Source of the DNA: Camelus ferus
Lineage: Eukaryota
Assembly (NCBI RefSeq): GCF_009834535.1
Contig: NC_045697.1
Location: forward strand, 32,800,001-32,864,000
Length of the DNA: 64,000 nucleotides
Direction: 5' to 3'
Every line of letters begins with the position of its first letter. The first letter of the stretch is position 1. Below are positions 13,601 through 25,726 of the stretch, in pieces. The position numbers were made by a program, and so were the translations under genes. The notes beneath the pieces were generated by a model. It was not told the DNA's origin. It saw nothing but the letters and a program-made list of their open reading frames with translations, and did not search any database.

Positions 13601-14479
13601 GGAGCCCGCTGCCTGCAGGTAACTCACTTATTGACATTCATCCATGGGCTTGCTATCCCTCACTGTGTGAGAAGCAACTCCCATGTGGGTTTGCCTTCTA
13701 TAGCTAAGTCTTTAACAGCAATAAAAGAAATATTCTGGCCTTCACCAGATACTTCTTGATTCATTTTTTACTTGTTCATAGTTCTGACAAGGAAGTTGTT
13801 AATCAATTGAGTGACCCTTTCAGAGTCTCAATCAGTTTCTAATAATCTATGCATAAAATATTATTATGTCCATGAAAAAATAACAAGGTAACAGTTACAG
13901 TGTTCTCATTCAATTATATTGTTGTAAGTCTTAGAATTAATTGCCTTAGTCTTTCTTCAGGAAACCAAATCAAATTAAATTCAGTGTGTATTAAAATTAT
14001 GTTTTTATATCTTTAAGAAATAATTAATGTAAGTAATTTTTTGAAAATAAAATGAGACTAAAAATTCTGTAAATACTAAAGACTCTTCTTGAAACCATCC
14101 TCTACTTGACTTTTTGACATAGTATTTACCAAAATAGTCACTGATTTGAAGTTCATCAAAACAATTTCACAAGGAAAATCAAAATTAGCAGATTCTTATT
14201 TAGTCCAGAGTGCAACACTTACCTGAACAAAAAGGCTTTTTTTTTTTTCTTTAGAGCTTTAAAAATGGATTTCAGCATCAAAAGAGATGAGGTTATATTT
14301 AGGGTAGCCAATACTATAGAGTTGTTGGCAAGTTGAAGGTTTTATTCCACTATATCAGTCTTTGAAAAGTGTTATCGTTAGCCCTTTAAAACAAGTGTTT
14401 AAAGTTCAAAATATTTCCTTATATAAAATACATTTATCAGTGATGTTTTGTATGCATTCCAACCACAGTAATATAATGC

Positions 14480-14737
14480 AATAAAAGTAAATATTATTGA
14501 GGGTTTATCATGTAGCTGGTCCTGGATTAGCATTCTGAGTATTTTTAATTCTAGCAATAAGTTTATGTATTGAACAACTGTTATTATCCCTATTTTAAAG
14601 ATGTGTATCCTAGGAAATAGGGAACTTAAGTAACTTGTCGAAAGTTAAACAGATTTAGGGGGCTAGACAGGTTTTAACCCATATATGTCTAAGTTCAAAA
14701 ATGTTTACTCTTAAGAATGATGCTAGGCTGCTTCTCT
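14480..14737 (-). mobile_element. MIR SINE (near full length)
   Basis: Antisense MIR core ttattatccctattttaaagatg...aagtaacttgtcgaaagttaaacag; ends ctaggctgcttctc. Confidence 0.8.
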
Positions 14738-15039
14738 TGAATAAAGGCCTAATTCACGAGCATCTGCAGGAAGTCCTTACAATCCATTACCTCTTCCCAC
14801 TGGCTGCTGCAACCATTCTTGTTATAAATCTGATGCCAGTTCATTAATACACTTAATGATATTTCTAGTCTCCTTCCATGTCTCACACTCCTCTTTCCTT
14901 TACTTATGTTTCCACTGGATTTCACTCTCCAGTAAAGTATAAGCACTTCATATTATGCCTCAGGTTCTGTCGTTTCTAGGAAACGTGAGATAAAATAGTG
15001 TTTTGTCATCCTCCCTATCTTCTATAATGCTGTAACAGA

Positions 15040-15150
15040 ATTTAACACCTCATTTGTTACATGATATTACTTCTAAAGAGCTGTTGTTTATATGTATAAA
15101 CTTTAATGTCTAGAGTAGGAATCCAATAAATATTGTTGAATGAATGAATA
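15040..15150 (+). mobile_element. L2 3' end
   Basis: caataaatattgttgaatgaatgaat terminal motif. Confidence 0.65.
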
Positions 15151-15354
15151 TCTACACACACAAATCACACATACATACACTTGTGTGCAATGCATAAAAT
15201 GATGGATGGGAACTTATGATACCAATAAATAAAGTAGTATTTGATGATTATGTTTTATATATATTTGAGGTCATCTTAAGTGTTTCACATAATGCCATTT
15301 TATCTTTCCAACAAGTATGTGAAGGAAGTATTAAATTGTCATTTTACCATTAAA

Positions 15355-18000
15355 ATTTTATTTGAAAAAAATGGTATGTAACATTGTATAAATTTAAGAG
15401 GTACAGCATGTTACTTTGATACATTTGTAAATTGTAATATGATTGCCAATGTAGTGATATATATCACGTTTCATAATTATGGTACAATATTATCTTTTAT
15501 ATTCATTATACTGTGCATTAGATCTTTACAGCTTATTTACTACTTGTTACAAGTCTGTCTCTTTAAATACCATCATCCTTATCCCCATACCCTCATTCCC
15601 TAGTAACCACCATTTTACTCTCTGGTTTTTACAGGTTTATCTTTTTTGATTCCACATATAACTGATACTGTATAAGTACTTGCCTTCTCTGTCTGACTTA
15701 TCTCATGTACTAACATGTGCTCAGGTCCAACTGTGTTGTTGCAAATAGGGAGATATCCCCCTTTCTCATGGCTGAATAATATTTCATTTTATATATGTAC
15801 CATATCTTTTTATCCATTTAACTCTTGATGGGCATTTGGGTTATTTCCATGTCTTGGCTAGTGTGAATAATGCTGTAACAAACATGGGAGTGCACATATA
15901 TCATAAAAATTCTGTTTCCATTTCCTTTGGGTATATAACCGTAAGTGGAATTGATGTATCAAAGGTAGATCTAGTTTTATTTTAACTGAAGCATAGTCAG
16001 TTTACAATGTTGTGTCAATTTCTGGTGTACAGCATAATGCTTTGGTCATACATGAACATATATATATTCATTTTCATATTCTTTTTCACCATAGATTACT
16101 ACAAGATATTGAACATAGTTCCCTGTACTATACAGTATGAACTTGTTTATTTTGTATATAGTAGTTAGTATCTGCAGATCTCAAAATTTCCAATTTATCC
16201 CTTCCCACCCTCTTCCCCCGCTGGTAATCATAAGTTTGTTTTCTATGTCTGTGAGTCTTTTTCTATTTTGTAAGTAAGTTCATTTGTCTTTTTTTAGATT
16301 CCACATATAATTGGTCTATTTTTAACTTTTTGAGGAACCTCCATACTGTTTTGTATAGTGGCTGGACAAATTCTATTCCTACCTACAATGTGTAAGTTTT
16401 CCCTTTTCACCACATTCTGGCCAGCACCTGTTGTCCCTTGTCTTCTTGATGATATCCATTTTAACAGGTATAATGTGATATCTTATTGTGGTTTCAATTT
16501 ACATTTGCCTGAAGATTAATGATGTTAAGCATCTTCTCATGTGCCTGTTGCCATTTTGATACCCTCTTTGGAAAAATGTTCATTTAGTTTGCCCAGTTTT
16601 TCAGTGGATTGTTTGTTGTTTTGTCATCAAGTTGACTGAGGTCTTTATATATGTTTGAATATTAGCCCCTTACTTGATACCTGGTTTGCTAAAATTTTCC
16701 CTCATTCTGTAGGTTGTCTTTTTATTTTGCTAACTGTTTCTTTGGCTGTGTAGAAGCTATTGAGTTTTATGTAGTCTCATTTGCTGATTTATTGTTTGTG
16801 CTTTTGGCATCATATTAAAACAAAATCATTGCCAATACCAATATCAATGAGATTCTTACTTTTGCTTCCTTCTAGGAGTTATATGGTATCAAGTCTTATG
16901 TTTAAGTCTTTGATCCATTTTGAGTTAGTTTTTATGACTGTTGTGAGATAGGGGTCAAATTTCATCGTTCTACATGAGATTCTCCAGTTTTCACTGCACT
17001 GTTTGTTGAAGAGACTATCCTTTTCCCATTGGGTATTCTTGGCTCCCTTGTTGAGCATATATACCGGGATTTAATTCTGAGGTTTTATTCTATTCCGTTG
17101 GTCAGCGTTTCTGTTCTTGTGTCAGTACCATTGTTTTTATTACAATGGCTTAGTGGGATATTTTGAAATCTGGAATTGTGATACCTCTGGCTTTGTTCTT
17201 ATTTCTCAGGATTACTTTGGCTATTCAGAGTCCCTTGGTTCCACACAAATTTTAGGATTGTTTCATAAATTTTGTCAAGAATGCCTTTGATATTTTGATG
17301 GGGATTTTTGATGAATCTGTAGATGGTTTGGGGTAGTATGGCCATTTTTACAATATTAATTCTCCTGTACAGTGAACGTGGGATGTCTTTTCATTTGGTT
17401 ATCTTATTCAGTTTACTTCAGCAAAGCCTATAGTTTTCATTTTACAGATCTTTCACTTCCTTGGTTAAATTCATGCCTAAGTATTTTATTATTCTGATGC
17501 TGTTCTGAATGGCATAATTTCTTTATTCCATTTTTGGATGCTTCATCATTAATGTAAAGGATTGCAATTAATTTCTGTATGTTGATTTTGTATTCTGCCA
17601 CTTAACTGAAATTATTGATAAATTCCAACATATTCCTTTTTTAACTGACTAGGATTTTCTATATGAAAGACATATCCTCAGCAAACTGTGACAGTTTCAC
17701 TTTTTTCTTTCTTTCTGATTGGAGTGTCTTTTGTTTCTTTGAGTTTTGCCTAATACTCTGGCTAGTACTTTTAGTACTTACGTTGAATAGGAATGTAGGA
17801 ATGGTGAGAGTGAGCATCCTTGTCTTATTCCTGAACTTAGAGGAAATGTTTTCTTTTTTTCTCCACTGAATATAAGATTAGCTGTGAGTTTGTCATATAT
17901 GGTCTTTATTATATTGGAGTATGTTCTTTCTATACCCAAACTGTTAAGGGTTTTTATCGTATAAGGATGTTATATGTTGCCAAATGCTTTTTTTGATTAT
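15355..18000 (-). mobile_element. 5'-truncated LINE-1 (L1MA9-like): 3' UTR and ORF2 back to the RT domain
   Basis: Antisense L1 hallmarks throughout (gaggaacctccatactgtttt, ttgaagagactatccttttcccattg, gaatctgtagatggtttggg); RT motif degenerate (FAEDM, about 17670). Confidence 0.92.
15980..16314 (-). mobile_element. Younger lineage-specific L1 3' end nested in the older L1
   Basis: Distinct 3' UTR (ttgaacatagttccctgtactatacag); TSD tctagtttta (15970-15979) / tctattttta (16315-16324); host L1 resumes after it. Confidence 0.85.
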
Positions 18001-18104
18001 TGAATCAAATCATCTATGACTTTTAGATGAAATATTGTATTAGTTTTGTTCCAGTTACTATGCACATCAGATAATAATAAAATTGAAAGTCTGTAAAATT
18101 CTTA

Positions 18105-18385
18105 TTGATTAGTCAGTTCAGATTGCTGTAACAAAAATTTTGTAGACGAGCTTAAAAAAACGAACATTTATTTCTCAGGGTTCTGGAGGCTAGAAATCTG
18201 AGATCAGAGTGCCAGTATGGTTGGATTCTATCTTTTCTTGTATGAGCGTTAATTCCATTCTTAAGGGCTTCACCCTCATGACCTAATTACCTCCCCAAAG
18301 CCTTACCTACCAATATCATCACATTGGAGATTAGGCTTCAACACATGAATTTTGAGGGAACACAGACATTGAGTTTGCAATATCA
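18105..18385 (-). mobile_element. MLT1A-type MaLR LTR, internally deleted
   Basis: catttatttctcagggttctggaggctagaaatctgagatcagagtgccag; caccctcatgacctaattacctcc; cttcaacacatgaattttgaggg. Confidence 0.85.
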
Positions 18386-19869
18386 TAGTTGTTTTAATTA
18401 TTTTTGGTAGGTTTTAAAAGTGAGATTTTTGTGTATGATAATTCTATCTCTCCAGTCACCTGGGAAATAAAAAATTATTTAACTGTATTTATATACTCTT
18501 TTTGGTAAACAAATCAGGTTGTACATTTTCATTGTTTGGCACTAGAGTGATTATTATTTGTCTTGTCTTAGAGTCTCTAACATTTGTTCTACAATTTAAA
18601 ATAAGACTTTTAAAATAATTTAGAACAAATTTGCCACCAATTGTCTTTGTGGCGGTAACTTTTGTAAATGGATTTTATGGAAATTGCGTATATATATTTA
18701 CAGAATATAAGTGACCTTTACTTGTCATTGTTGAAGAATACATCTTGTTGTTTCTAGTTCTGTTTTAATAGTGGGGAACAATATAAGAAAATGTGAAGAA
18801 AATTGTGAAGGTAAGAATTATCTAAAGGTGATAGATTTTAAACAACACTTTCTTTGACCTTTGGTTATCACAGCCCTGTTTTGAAGACAGGAATTTGGAA
18901 AAGCAGCCCATACTATAGCAAGTGAACAATTTATGCTTAATTCAATTCCCAGACATCTGTTTTAAATATATACATTAAGTCAGTAGTACTTAAATGTAGC
19001 TAGTGAATTAAAAGCTCTGAATTGTCTGGAGCAGTAGTAAAGGACATTTAGATATTTACATATTTGGGCAGAGCAAATGAATAGCTATGACAAATAGCTT
19101 TATGATGCACACATTTAAAATACTATATTTAGAACATGAGCATTAGATGCTCTAAAACACTCAAAGAAAATATAGGAAGAAGTAGTCATTGTGTACAATG
19201 ATATAAAATTGATCCTAATCCTAACACACTGAAGTTTGATCTAAGAAGAAAAAACAAACTATAAAGAACAATATGTGGAATATACCCATATTCATAGAAC
19301 TCTGTCTCTGGGAATAAATAGTTTAATTCTGTTTGTTTAAATCTTTTGCCTCTATTATTTTATAAAATTACATCCTCAAATATAGAAATTGACAATCTAA
19401 ATTGATATTGTCAAATGACTATCATCAAGAATGGTATTCTGTTTAAACAATGAAACTAATAAATTAATACTAAGGTATGGTAATATGATTGTTGTCACTA
19501 AACTCCAAAACACACAAGAAAGATTTCCCTTACAAGACATATATCCCTTTTTAAGTATGTCAATATTTTATTTTTTACCTTCAGTACCACCTATGTAATC
19601 TATTTATTGCAGATGAAAACCCTGCCAAAAATGGTTATATTAAACCTGGGAAATAGAGACCCAAAAAATAGCTAGGAAGTGAAAGGGGTTAATGTGTGAT
19701 TGTAAATGTAACAGGTAAAGAGCATTATTATAGATTTCAGAGCTGATAATTCAGTAAGTAATATCAGCTCTGCTTATAATCATTTTCTAAGATCTTGCAT
19801 AATATTAACAATATTTATGCAGCTAAGTTCTAATTTCTCACATTACATCCAAGGAGCTCCACTGACCTG

Positions 19870-20345
19870 AGGCTAAAAATGGGGGAGTAGGGAATACCGA
19901 GGACCTATTTTTCCATTGAAGCAACAGTCAAGCTGGCAAAAACTGTCAGAATCAACTTTACCAAAACTCTGGAATCTAGTAGAAGATTGATAGAAACCAG
20001 GAAATGCTTATTGAAGAAAGAAGGTGATAAATGTGTTTAAGCTCATCTTGGCATTTTGCTTTGCTGACTTCCATCTGCTATCTCTTATCTCAAATTGGGC
20101 TGCTTTAGGGATGGAAGATCATTTTCCTTGTGTGTCATGCTAGCGCCAGAAGGAGGATATGAACCTTTTCCTCAGTGAATTGTGCTTCTGTATTTTGAAC
20201 ATCTGACAGAGCCCTGAGGGAATGCCTCAGGGTCTCATACTATTCTTCTCACCTTGGAACTTGCTCAGGGTTGCAGCAACATCCTGAGCAGAGTTTATCA
20301 AAAATACTTAAGGACATATATTAGTCTCAAATACTAGCAGGGCTA
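19870..20345 (+). mobile_element. L1MD-type 5' region fragment
   Basis: ctggcaaaaactgtcagaatcaactttaccaaaactctggaa resembles the L1MDa 5' consensus as I recall it. Confidence 0.6.
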
Positions 20346-20354
20346 ATTAATCTG

Positions 20355-20377
20355 ATATATATATATATATATATATA
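20355..20377. repeat. Short (AT)n microsatellite
   Basis: Direct reading. Confidence 0.9.
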
Positions 20378-20869
20378 GTAATGTAACTTTTTACAGCCTC
20401 AATGTCATGGTGTGAGGGGGACATTGCGGTTAGAGTAAGACCCTTGTCACAGATGGCAAATACAGAAGCGAGGTTTGACTCCTGGGGTGGTGGAAGAGGA
20501 GGCTCATAATGGTTGCCCATATACCTTGGAAACAGTCAAGCCAGGTCATGAGTTTACTCAAAAGAATTAGAGAAGCACAATAAGAATTAGCTAGGGATGT
20601 TACATATTGGTGGAGACAAGTATTCCAAGAGCTTTAAAGCATTTAGAAGGCTGAAGATAGGAAGAGTAAGTCTAAGCAAAATGTGTAAATTAATTCTTGG
20701 GTAGTTGCTGCATGGAGTCTTAGATCAAGAAAGATCTGAAACCAAATATGGATCAAGAAGAAATAATTGCCATAGTTGATTATTAATGACTAATTTAAGC
20801 TCGGGAAGGGGGAGTCCTTATTAAGAAGTATGGTGTAAGTTCTATGTATTTTATATTCCTGGCTTAGGA

Positions 20870-21130
20870 GATTTGTTCAACAGATATTCTTAGGTGCCCA
20901 CTGTGTAAAAAGGGCTGCATTTCTGGGCATTGAAAATATCAAAAGCAAAAGCCTAGGATTGGGTGGAAAAACATATACAAAAAAGATTTACAACCACACA
21001 TGATAGTTACTGAATAATATGCAACTGAAACATAGATGTAGAAACTACCAAAACCACCTAGGTAGAAAGGGTTAGCTTTACAGAAAGAGTGATATTTAAA
21101 AGAGTATTTGAGCATAAACTAAATGGGATG
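20870..21130 (-). mobile_element. L2 fragment
   Basis: atttgttcaacagatattcttaggtgcccactgtgt...ctgggcattgaaaata is the antisense L2 3' end pattern. Confidence 0.55.
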
Positions 21131-21554
21131 CATTCTAATACATTGCCATGAATTATTGAAATAGATTCTATTTTGTCCCAGTGGGTAAATATATCGCTTT
21201 ATAAGAAGATAAAAATGTAAAGTCACATTTTATCCACCTAGATAAAATATTTTAAATCATCAAAAAATTATGTTCTCATTAAAATTTAGAAAATTCAAAT
21301 TTTTAAATAATTCTAAGATTTGAAAATTCTAAGTTTATATTCCACATTAAAACTTGGATCTAGAAACAGTATAAAATAAGATAGAAATAATATTTTTAGA
21401 ATTATTTTACTGAATTTTAATTTTGTCTCATATTTTTCGTATTACTTTAATAATGATAGCAAAGTATTATTAAAATATTTGTATGTATCTCATATATATA
21501 CAATGTCGAGTATGTCTCTGGTTAGCTTCTTTGAATAAAAAGAGACCATATCAA

Positions 21555-21830
21555 AACATTGTGCTCAGATTGCCTCCCAGGCAAAATGAACAAAATTATA
21601 TTCTTTCTAAGAGTTATGTTACAATATTGGCCATGCTCCAAATTCACAGTAATTTATTATCATTAAAACCATCACTGTTTCATGTTTTGAAGTTTAAAAC
21701 ATATCTCATCATTTCACTTGGCATTTATTTGATTAATTGTATGATTAAACAGTTTATGTATGTTTATGTGCCCTTCATAGTGCTCTTCAATGAATGTTGC
21801 TTTATATATTCTACACTTTTCTCTACTTGA
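21555..21830 (-). mobile_element. Old L1 (L1ME-like) ORF2 3' fragment
   Basis: cagattgcctccc...atatctcatcatttcacttggcatttatttgatta...atgtttatgtgccc is antisense L1 ORF2. Confidence 0.65.
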
Positions 21831-22779
21831 AGCAGATTTTTAAAAGAGATTTTTGAATTCAGATACAAACAGCACTCTTTCTTTTTTAATGTGGGATAGT
21901 AAAAAAATTCTAATAAAACACTGTAAAATAAGAAAAAGTAATTTAATGGAGTATAATCTTATATACAATTTTATTCAAACTTTTTTAATATCAAGTAATT
22001 AATGACTTTGGAAGTACATTCTATACAAAATTTTTAAACAGTTTAAAATTTATCAACCCTAAAGAATAACACTAAAGAAATATCTAAGACATTTCAAATC
22101 AAATGCACACTTTCCCTCTTTTTTCATTTTGTTTCTTTTATCACAAGTCCTTGCTATGCTTATGATCATTGGAATTTTGCAGCAATTACAGTTTTTAAAA
22201 ACTGTTTGCACAAAGAAAATGATAACATGGCAGCCCCACACAAACTACTTTGAAGGTGAAAAAATTTATTTTCTTGAATAAGAAATAAGAGAATAAATAA
22301 GAAAAAGTCTGTCAGATACACAGTAGGGGGATGCTTGATGCAAAGCCAGATGAGACAGATTAGCCATGGTGAAGGAAAAACAAACAATTCTCACTTCAAT
22401 TATGGTCTGGAAGGTGCAGTGGAGAGAATAGAGCAAGCACACAGCAAGCAATACAACCTTGCAAGTAAAGCTCCAGTGGTATAGATGGAATCCTTTCCTC
22501 CTCCCAGCACTGACAGATGGTGGGGACTGCTGGCTACAGGAGCCAGATGATTGAAGAGGTTTTTGTTTGTTTTAACTTTTAAGCTTTCTCTGTTTATGAG
22601 TCTTTTGGGTCATAAATAATTTGCTTGTTTTACTCTTTTCTTTGCTAATTTTTATTCTTTCACTAGATCTAACATAAACATCACTTTTTTTTATGAAAAC
22701 AGCTCAAAATTTTTTCATAAAATATTATTATTTGTAAACACATATTTAATTATAAAATCTCTTTTAGATTAGACAATGC

Positions 22780-22873
22780 ACCTTCTTTCATATTCTACAT
22801 CCAGTACCTAGCATAGTGTCTGGCACAGAATAGTACTTCAGTAATATTTGCCTAGTGCATGGGATGAATGATT
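22780..22873 (+). mobile_element. L2 3' end
   Basis: ccagtacctagcatagtgtctggcacagaatagtacttcagtaatatttg...gatgaatga. Confidence 0.8.
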
Positions 22874-22881
22874 GTATGTCT

Positions 22882-23129
22882 GCCCATGCAATCTCCTTCT
22901 TCCTTTCACCACCTTCCTAGGGTGCAGGTCTCAACTCATAACTTTTCTTCCTGCTCTATTGAAGTACATGTGTATCTTTCTTACAATGTTGGTTGTACAG
23001 GAGTCTTTCTGCCAGTATCCAGTTAGATTTCTATAAGAATTTTTCCACATGTAGAGGTATTTTTCATGTGTTCATTGTGGAGATAGTGAGCTCCACGTCC
23101 TTTTATTCCACCATTTTGATCTCCTTCCC
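22882..23129 (-). mobile_element. Isolated extreme 5' end (promoter region) of a laurasiatherian L1
   Basis: Minus strand reads gatcaaaatggtggaataaaaggacgtggagctcac...aaaaatacctctacatgtgg, the L1 5' UTR start with a degenerate YY1 site. Confidence 0.75.
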
Positions 23130-23624
23130 AATCAAGTGGTCTTAAATGTCCATTTAGGCAGGGATAATATAGCAAATCTTGATAACTGATTTATATCAAG
23201 GAATGAAATAAATTTTCATTCAAATATAACATTGTTATGATATAAACATTAACAATAAAATATTTTTATTTCAAAATTGATGATAGTGGCATATTCTATT
23301 TTCACAGTATATGGATAGTCTTTTCATTAAAAATAACATTCTTTGCTTTTCGCCATGAGTCCAAGTGATTCTAAATTTTTCCTATTGATCATTATGGAGT
23401 AGTATATCAGATATAGATGGATGAAATGCTGAATCAGAAATATATGGTATACCAATATTCTGTTCCTTATTAACTTAAATGTATCTATCAAAGTCTGAAG
23501 TCATCAAGCTAATCTTACATTTAATGTTTACTTGAGAAGAATTGGAGTTCAAACATTTTCTCTTGTATCAATTAGACTCTAATTCACCAAATAGTGATTG
23601 TCAAAATTGAGTATGTCTGTCAGT

Positions 23625-24200
23625 TACTGGTCTGGCATTTGGACCTTAAAAGTTGCCCCTCTGTTCTAACAAGAAGTGAAAGAATGAGAAAACTGAAAAA
23701 TCAACATCTTTTCTGAGATCTAAAAGAGAAGTGAGATCAGAGGGCAAAGTGATATCCCGAAAATTGGAGACACAAATGGTGAATACAAGGAATCACTGCT
23801 TACTAGAGCAGGAACCTCTATGGGAACCAGTGACAGGATAAGGAAACCTTTACTTTAATTGACAAATTGCTGGAAGCTGGATGTGGACAAATCTGAGAAT
23901 TTAAAAAGTCCACAGGGACGTCAGTAATGTTGATCTCTCATGCTTCTGTGAGTTTGGCTTTCAGAGGCTCTACCAAATTCTCACAGTAAGTATTGGAGGA
24001 AATCCCCTCATGTGAGAGCTTAATTGACCTGAGGGAAGAGAAATACCAGTTCTAGCAAGTTCTAGCCTTCAAAATGGGAAGGCTATTTTGGAAAGTAAAA
24101 TACCAAATTCCAGCCCCCTCTAACCATCCTGTCCCACTTAAGAGAGGAGACAAAAATTGAGTCACACATGAAGTTCTCTGTCCAGAAACATAGCTTTTCT
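23625..24200 (+). mobile_element. L1MC-type 5' UTR (L1MCa-like)
   Basis: aaactgaaaaatcaacatcttttct...agagaagtgagatcagagggcaaa...cccgaaaattggagac. Confidence 0.7.
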
Positions 24201-24227
24201 ATGAATAGATCTCATAGATCTCTTTAT

Positions 24228-24320
24228 GAGAAGGGCAGGGAGTATATGGGACTCTCTGTACTTCTGCCTAATATTTCTGTGGACATAAAACTGCTCTAAA
24301 AATAAAGTCTATTAAGAAAA
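24228..24320 (+). mobile_element. L1MC1-like extreme 3' end
   Basis: gggcagggagtatatgggactctctgtacttc...aaaactgctctaaaaataaagtctatt. Confidence 0.8.
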
Positions 24321-24344
24321 TGAGTGGGTTTAAGATCCTCTTGG

Positions 24345-24477
24345 GAATCTATAAATATGTACCTATGGATTCTGATTCATTAGACCTCAGTAGGGTCAGA
24401 ACTTTATGTATTTTAAACAAGTACCCTGTTAATTATGATGAAGGATTTCTGACAAGCACACACTGAGGAAAGTTGAT
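24345..24477. mobile_element. MER5-like hAT DNA transposon relic
   Basis: gattctgattcattagacct...tgtattttaaacaagtaccct...cacactgaggaa. Confidence 0.6.
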
Positions 24478-25016
24478 TTTAAAGCTTTTTAAAAAAATAT
24501 CTATAACTGAATTTGTTATATCTTAAATGGTACTTATCCTAAGATGCAGCAAAGTGTGAAAATTTCAATTAATTATTGGAAAACTTAGGACCAGGAAAGG
24601 AAAAGTGTGTCAGTCACATTATACTATTTTTTTTTACATTACTTTTTTTTTCAGAAAGATGGTCTCTAACATATATCAAGAAATGGGGCAGTTTTCAGTT
24701 GTATAATTAAATATTCTTCATTAAAGAACATTCAAACTTGTAGTTGTGAATAAAGTACTCATCAGCTACTTCTCTTGTAGGAAATGCAGCTGTTAATTTG
24801 GTCTTCCCAGCAAAATCTCTGTCGCTGAGGTTTTTATGAAATAAATTCAGTTAGTTTTTCAAACTCTAAAACCCAAACTAAGAATAATTGACTGATATCC
24901 CTTGGGTATGATTCCTCTTCAGTTACATGGAGCTCTCACTCACAAAGCAAGTGGTCCCTATCCTACTAGTGGAAAGAAAAGGAAGAAGTTTGCACTCTCC
25001 ATTTAAGAAACTCCAG

Positions 25017-25236
25017 GGGGTGGGAAGGGATAGACTGGGATTTCAAAATTGTAGAATAGATAAACAAGATTATACTGTATAGCCCAGGGAAATATACACT
25101 AGGTCTTATGGTAGCTCACAGAGAAACTATGTGACAATGAATATATATATGAAAAATTGTGCTCTACACTGGAATTTGACACAACATTGTAAAATGATTA
25201 TAAATTATAAATCAGCATAAAAATTTTAAAAAAATT
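25017..25236 (+). mobile_element. Young lineage-specific L1 3' end
   Basis: gggtgggaagggatagactgggatttcaaaattg...tatactgtatagcccagggaaatatac; A-rich tail; TSD-like aagaaactccag / aagaaaaacccag at a TT/AAGAAA site. Confidence 0.85.
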
Positions 25237-25484
25237 AAGAAAAACCCAGAAACTGAAATATGTTTAGCCTTCCTGGGTCTAATATTACTTAGAATAATAG
25301 AATATAGAGGGAAGAGTTACAGAATTGCATTTCTTAATGTTTTGGGGATTTTCAATTATACTTCTTTACCTTGATATAATCAGTTGGGTACAAACATCAC
25401 TGCTGTATATTTTTCATTATTTAAAGTCCTGATTTATCATGGCATAATCCTGGGCATTTGACTCGGTTCTAGTATTCATTTTTT

Positions 25485-25726
25485 AGAAAGGCAGCATTGT
25501 AATTTGTTGGAAAGATAATATACTTGAATGAGTTACACTCACTACTAAAATTATAGTTCTAATATTTATTAATTGATGTCCAAGTAGTTTCCTTACTGAG
25601 CTTTAATTTCATCACCTGAAAAATAGAAATGATTATAATTACCTGTCAGGATTACTAAGAATAATAGAAGTAAAGTACATAAATGTATAGCCACAGTAAA
25701 TGTGCATAATATATTAGCTATTATTT
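25485..25726 (+). mobile_element. MIR SINE
   Basis: gaaaggcagcattg...ctgagctttaatttcatcacctgaaaaatagaaatgattataattacct...tattagctattatt. Confidence 0.75.

Noticed and set aside
19738..19772. 11-bp perfect inverted repeat cagagctgata/tatcagctctg
   Set aside because: One such short stem is plausible by chance in 64 kb; no supporting context.
15355..23129. Minus-strand L1 3' part and 5' end spanning about 7.8 kb, like a full-length L1
   Set aside because: The intervening 18000-22880 is unique DNA and unrelated older repeats, not L1 body.
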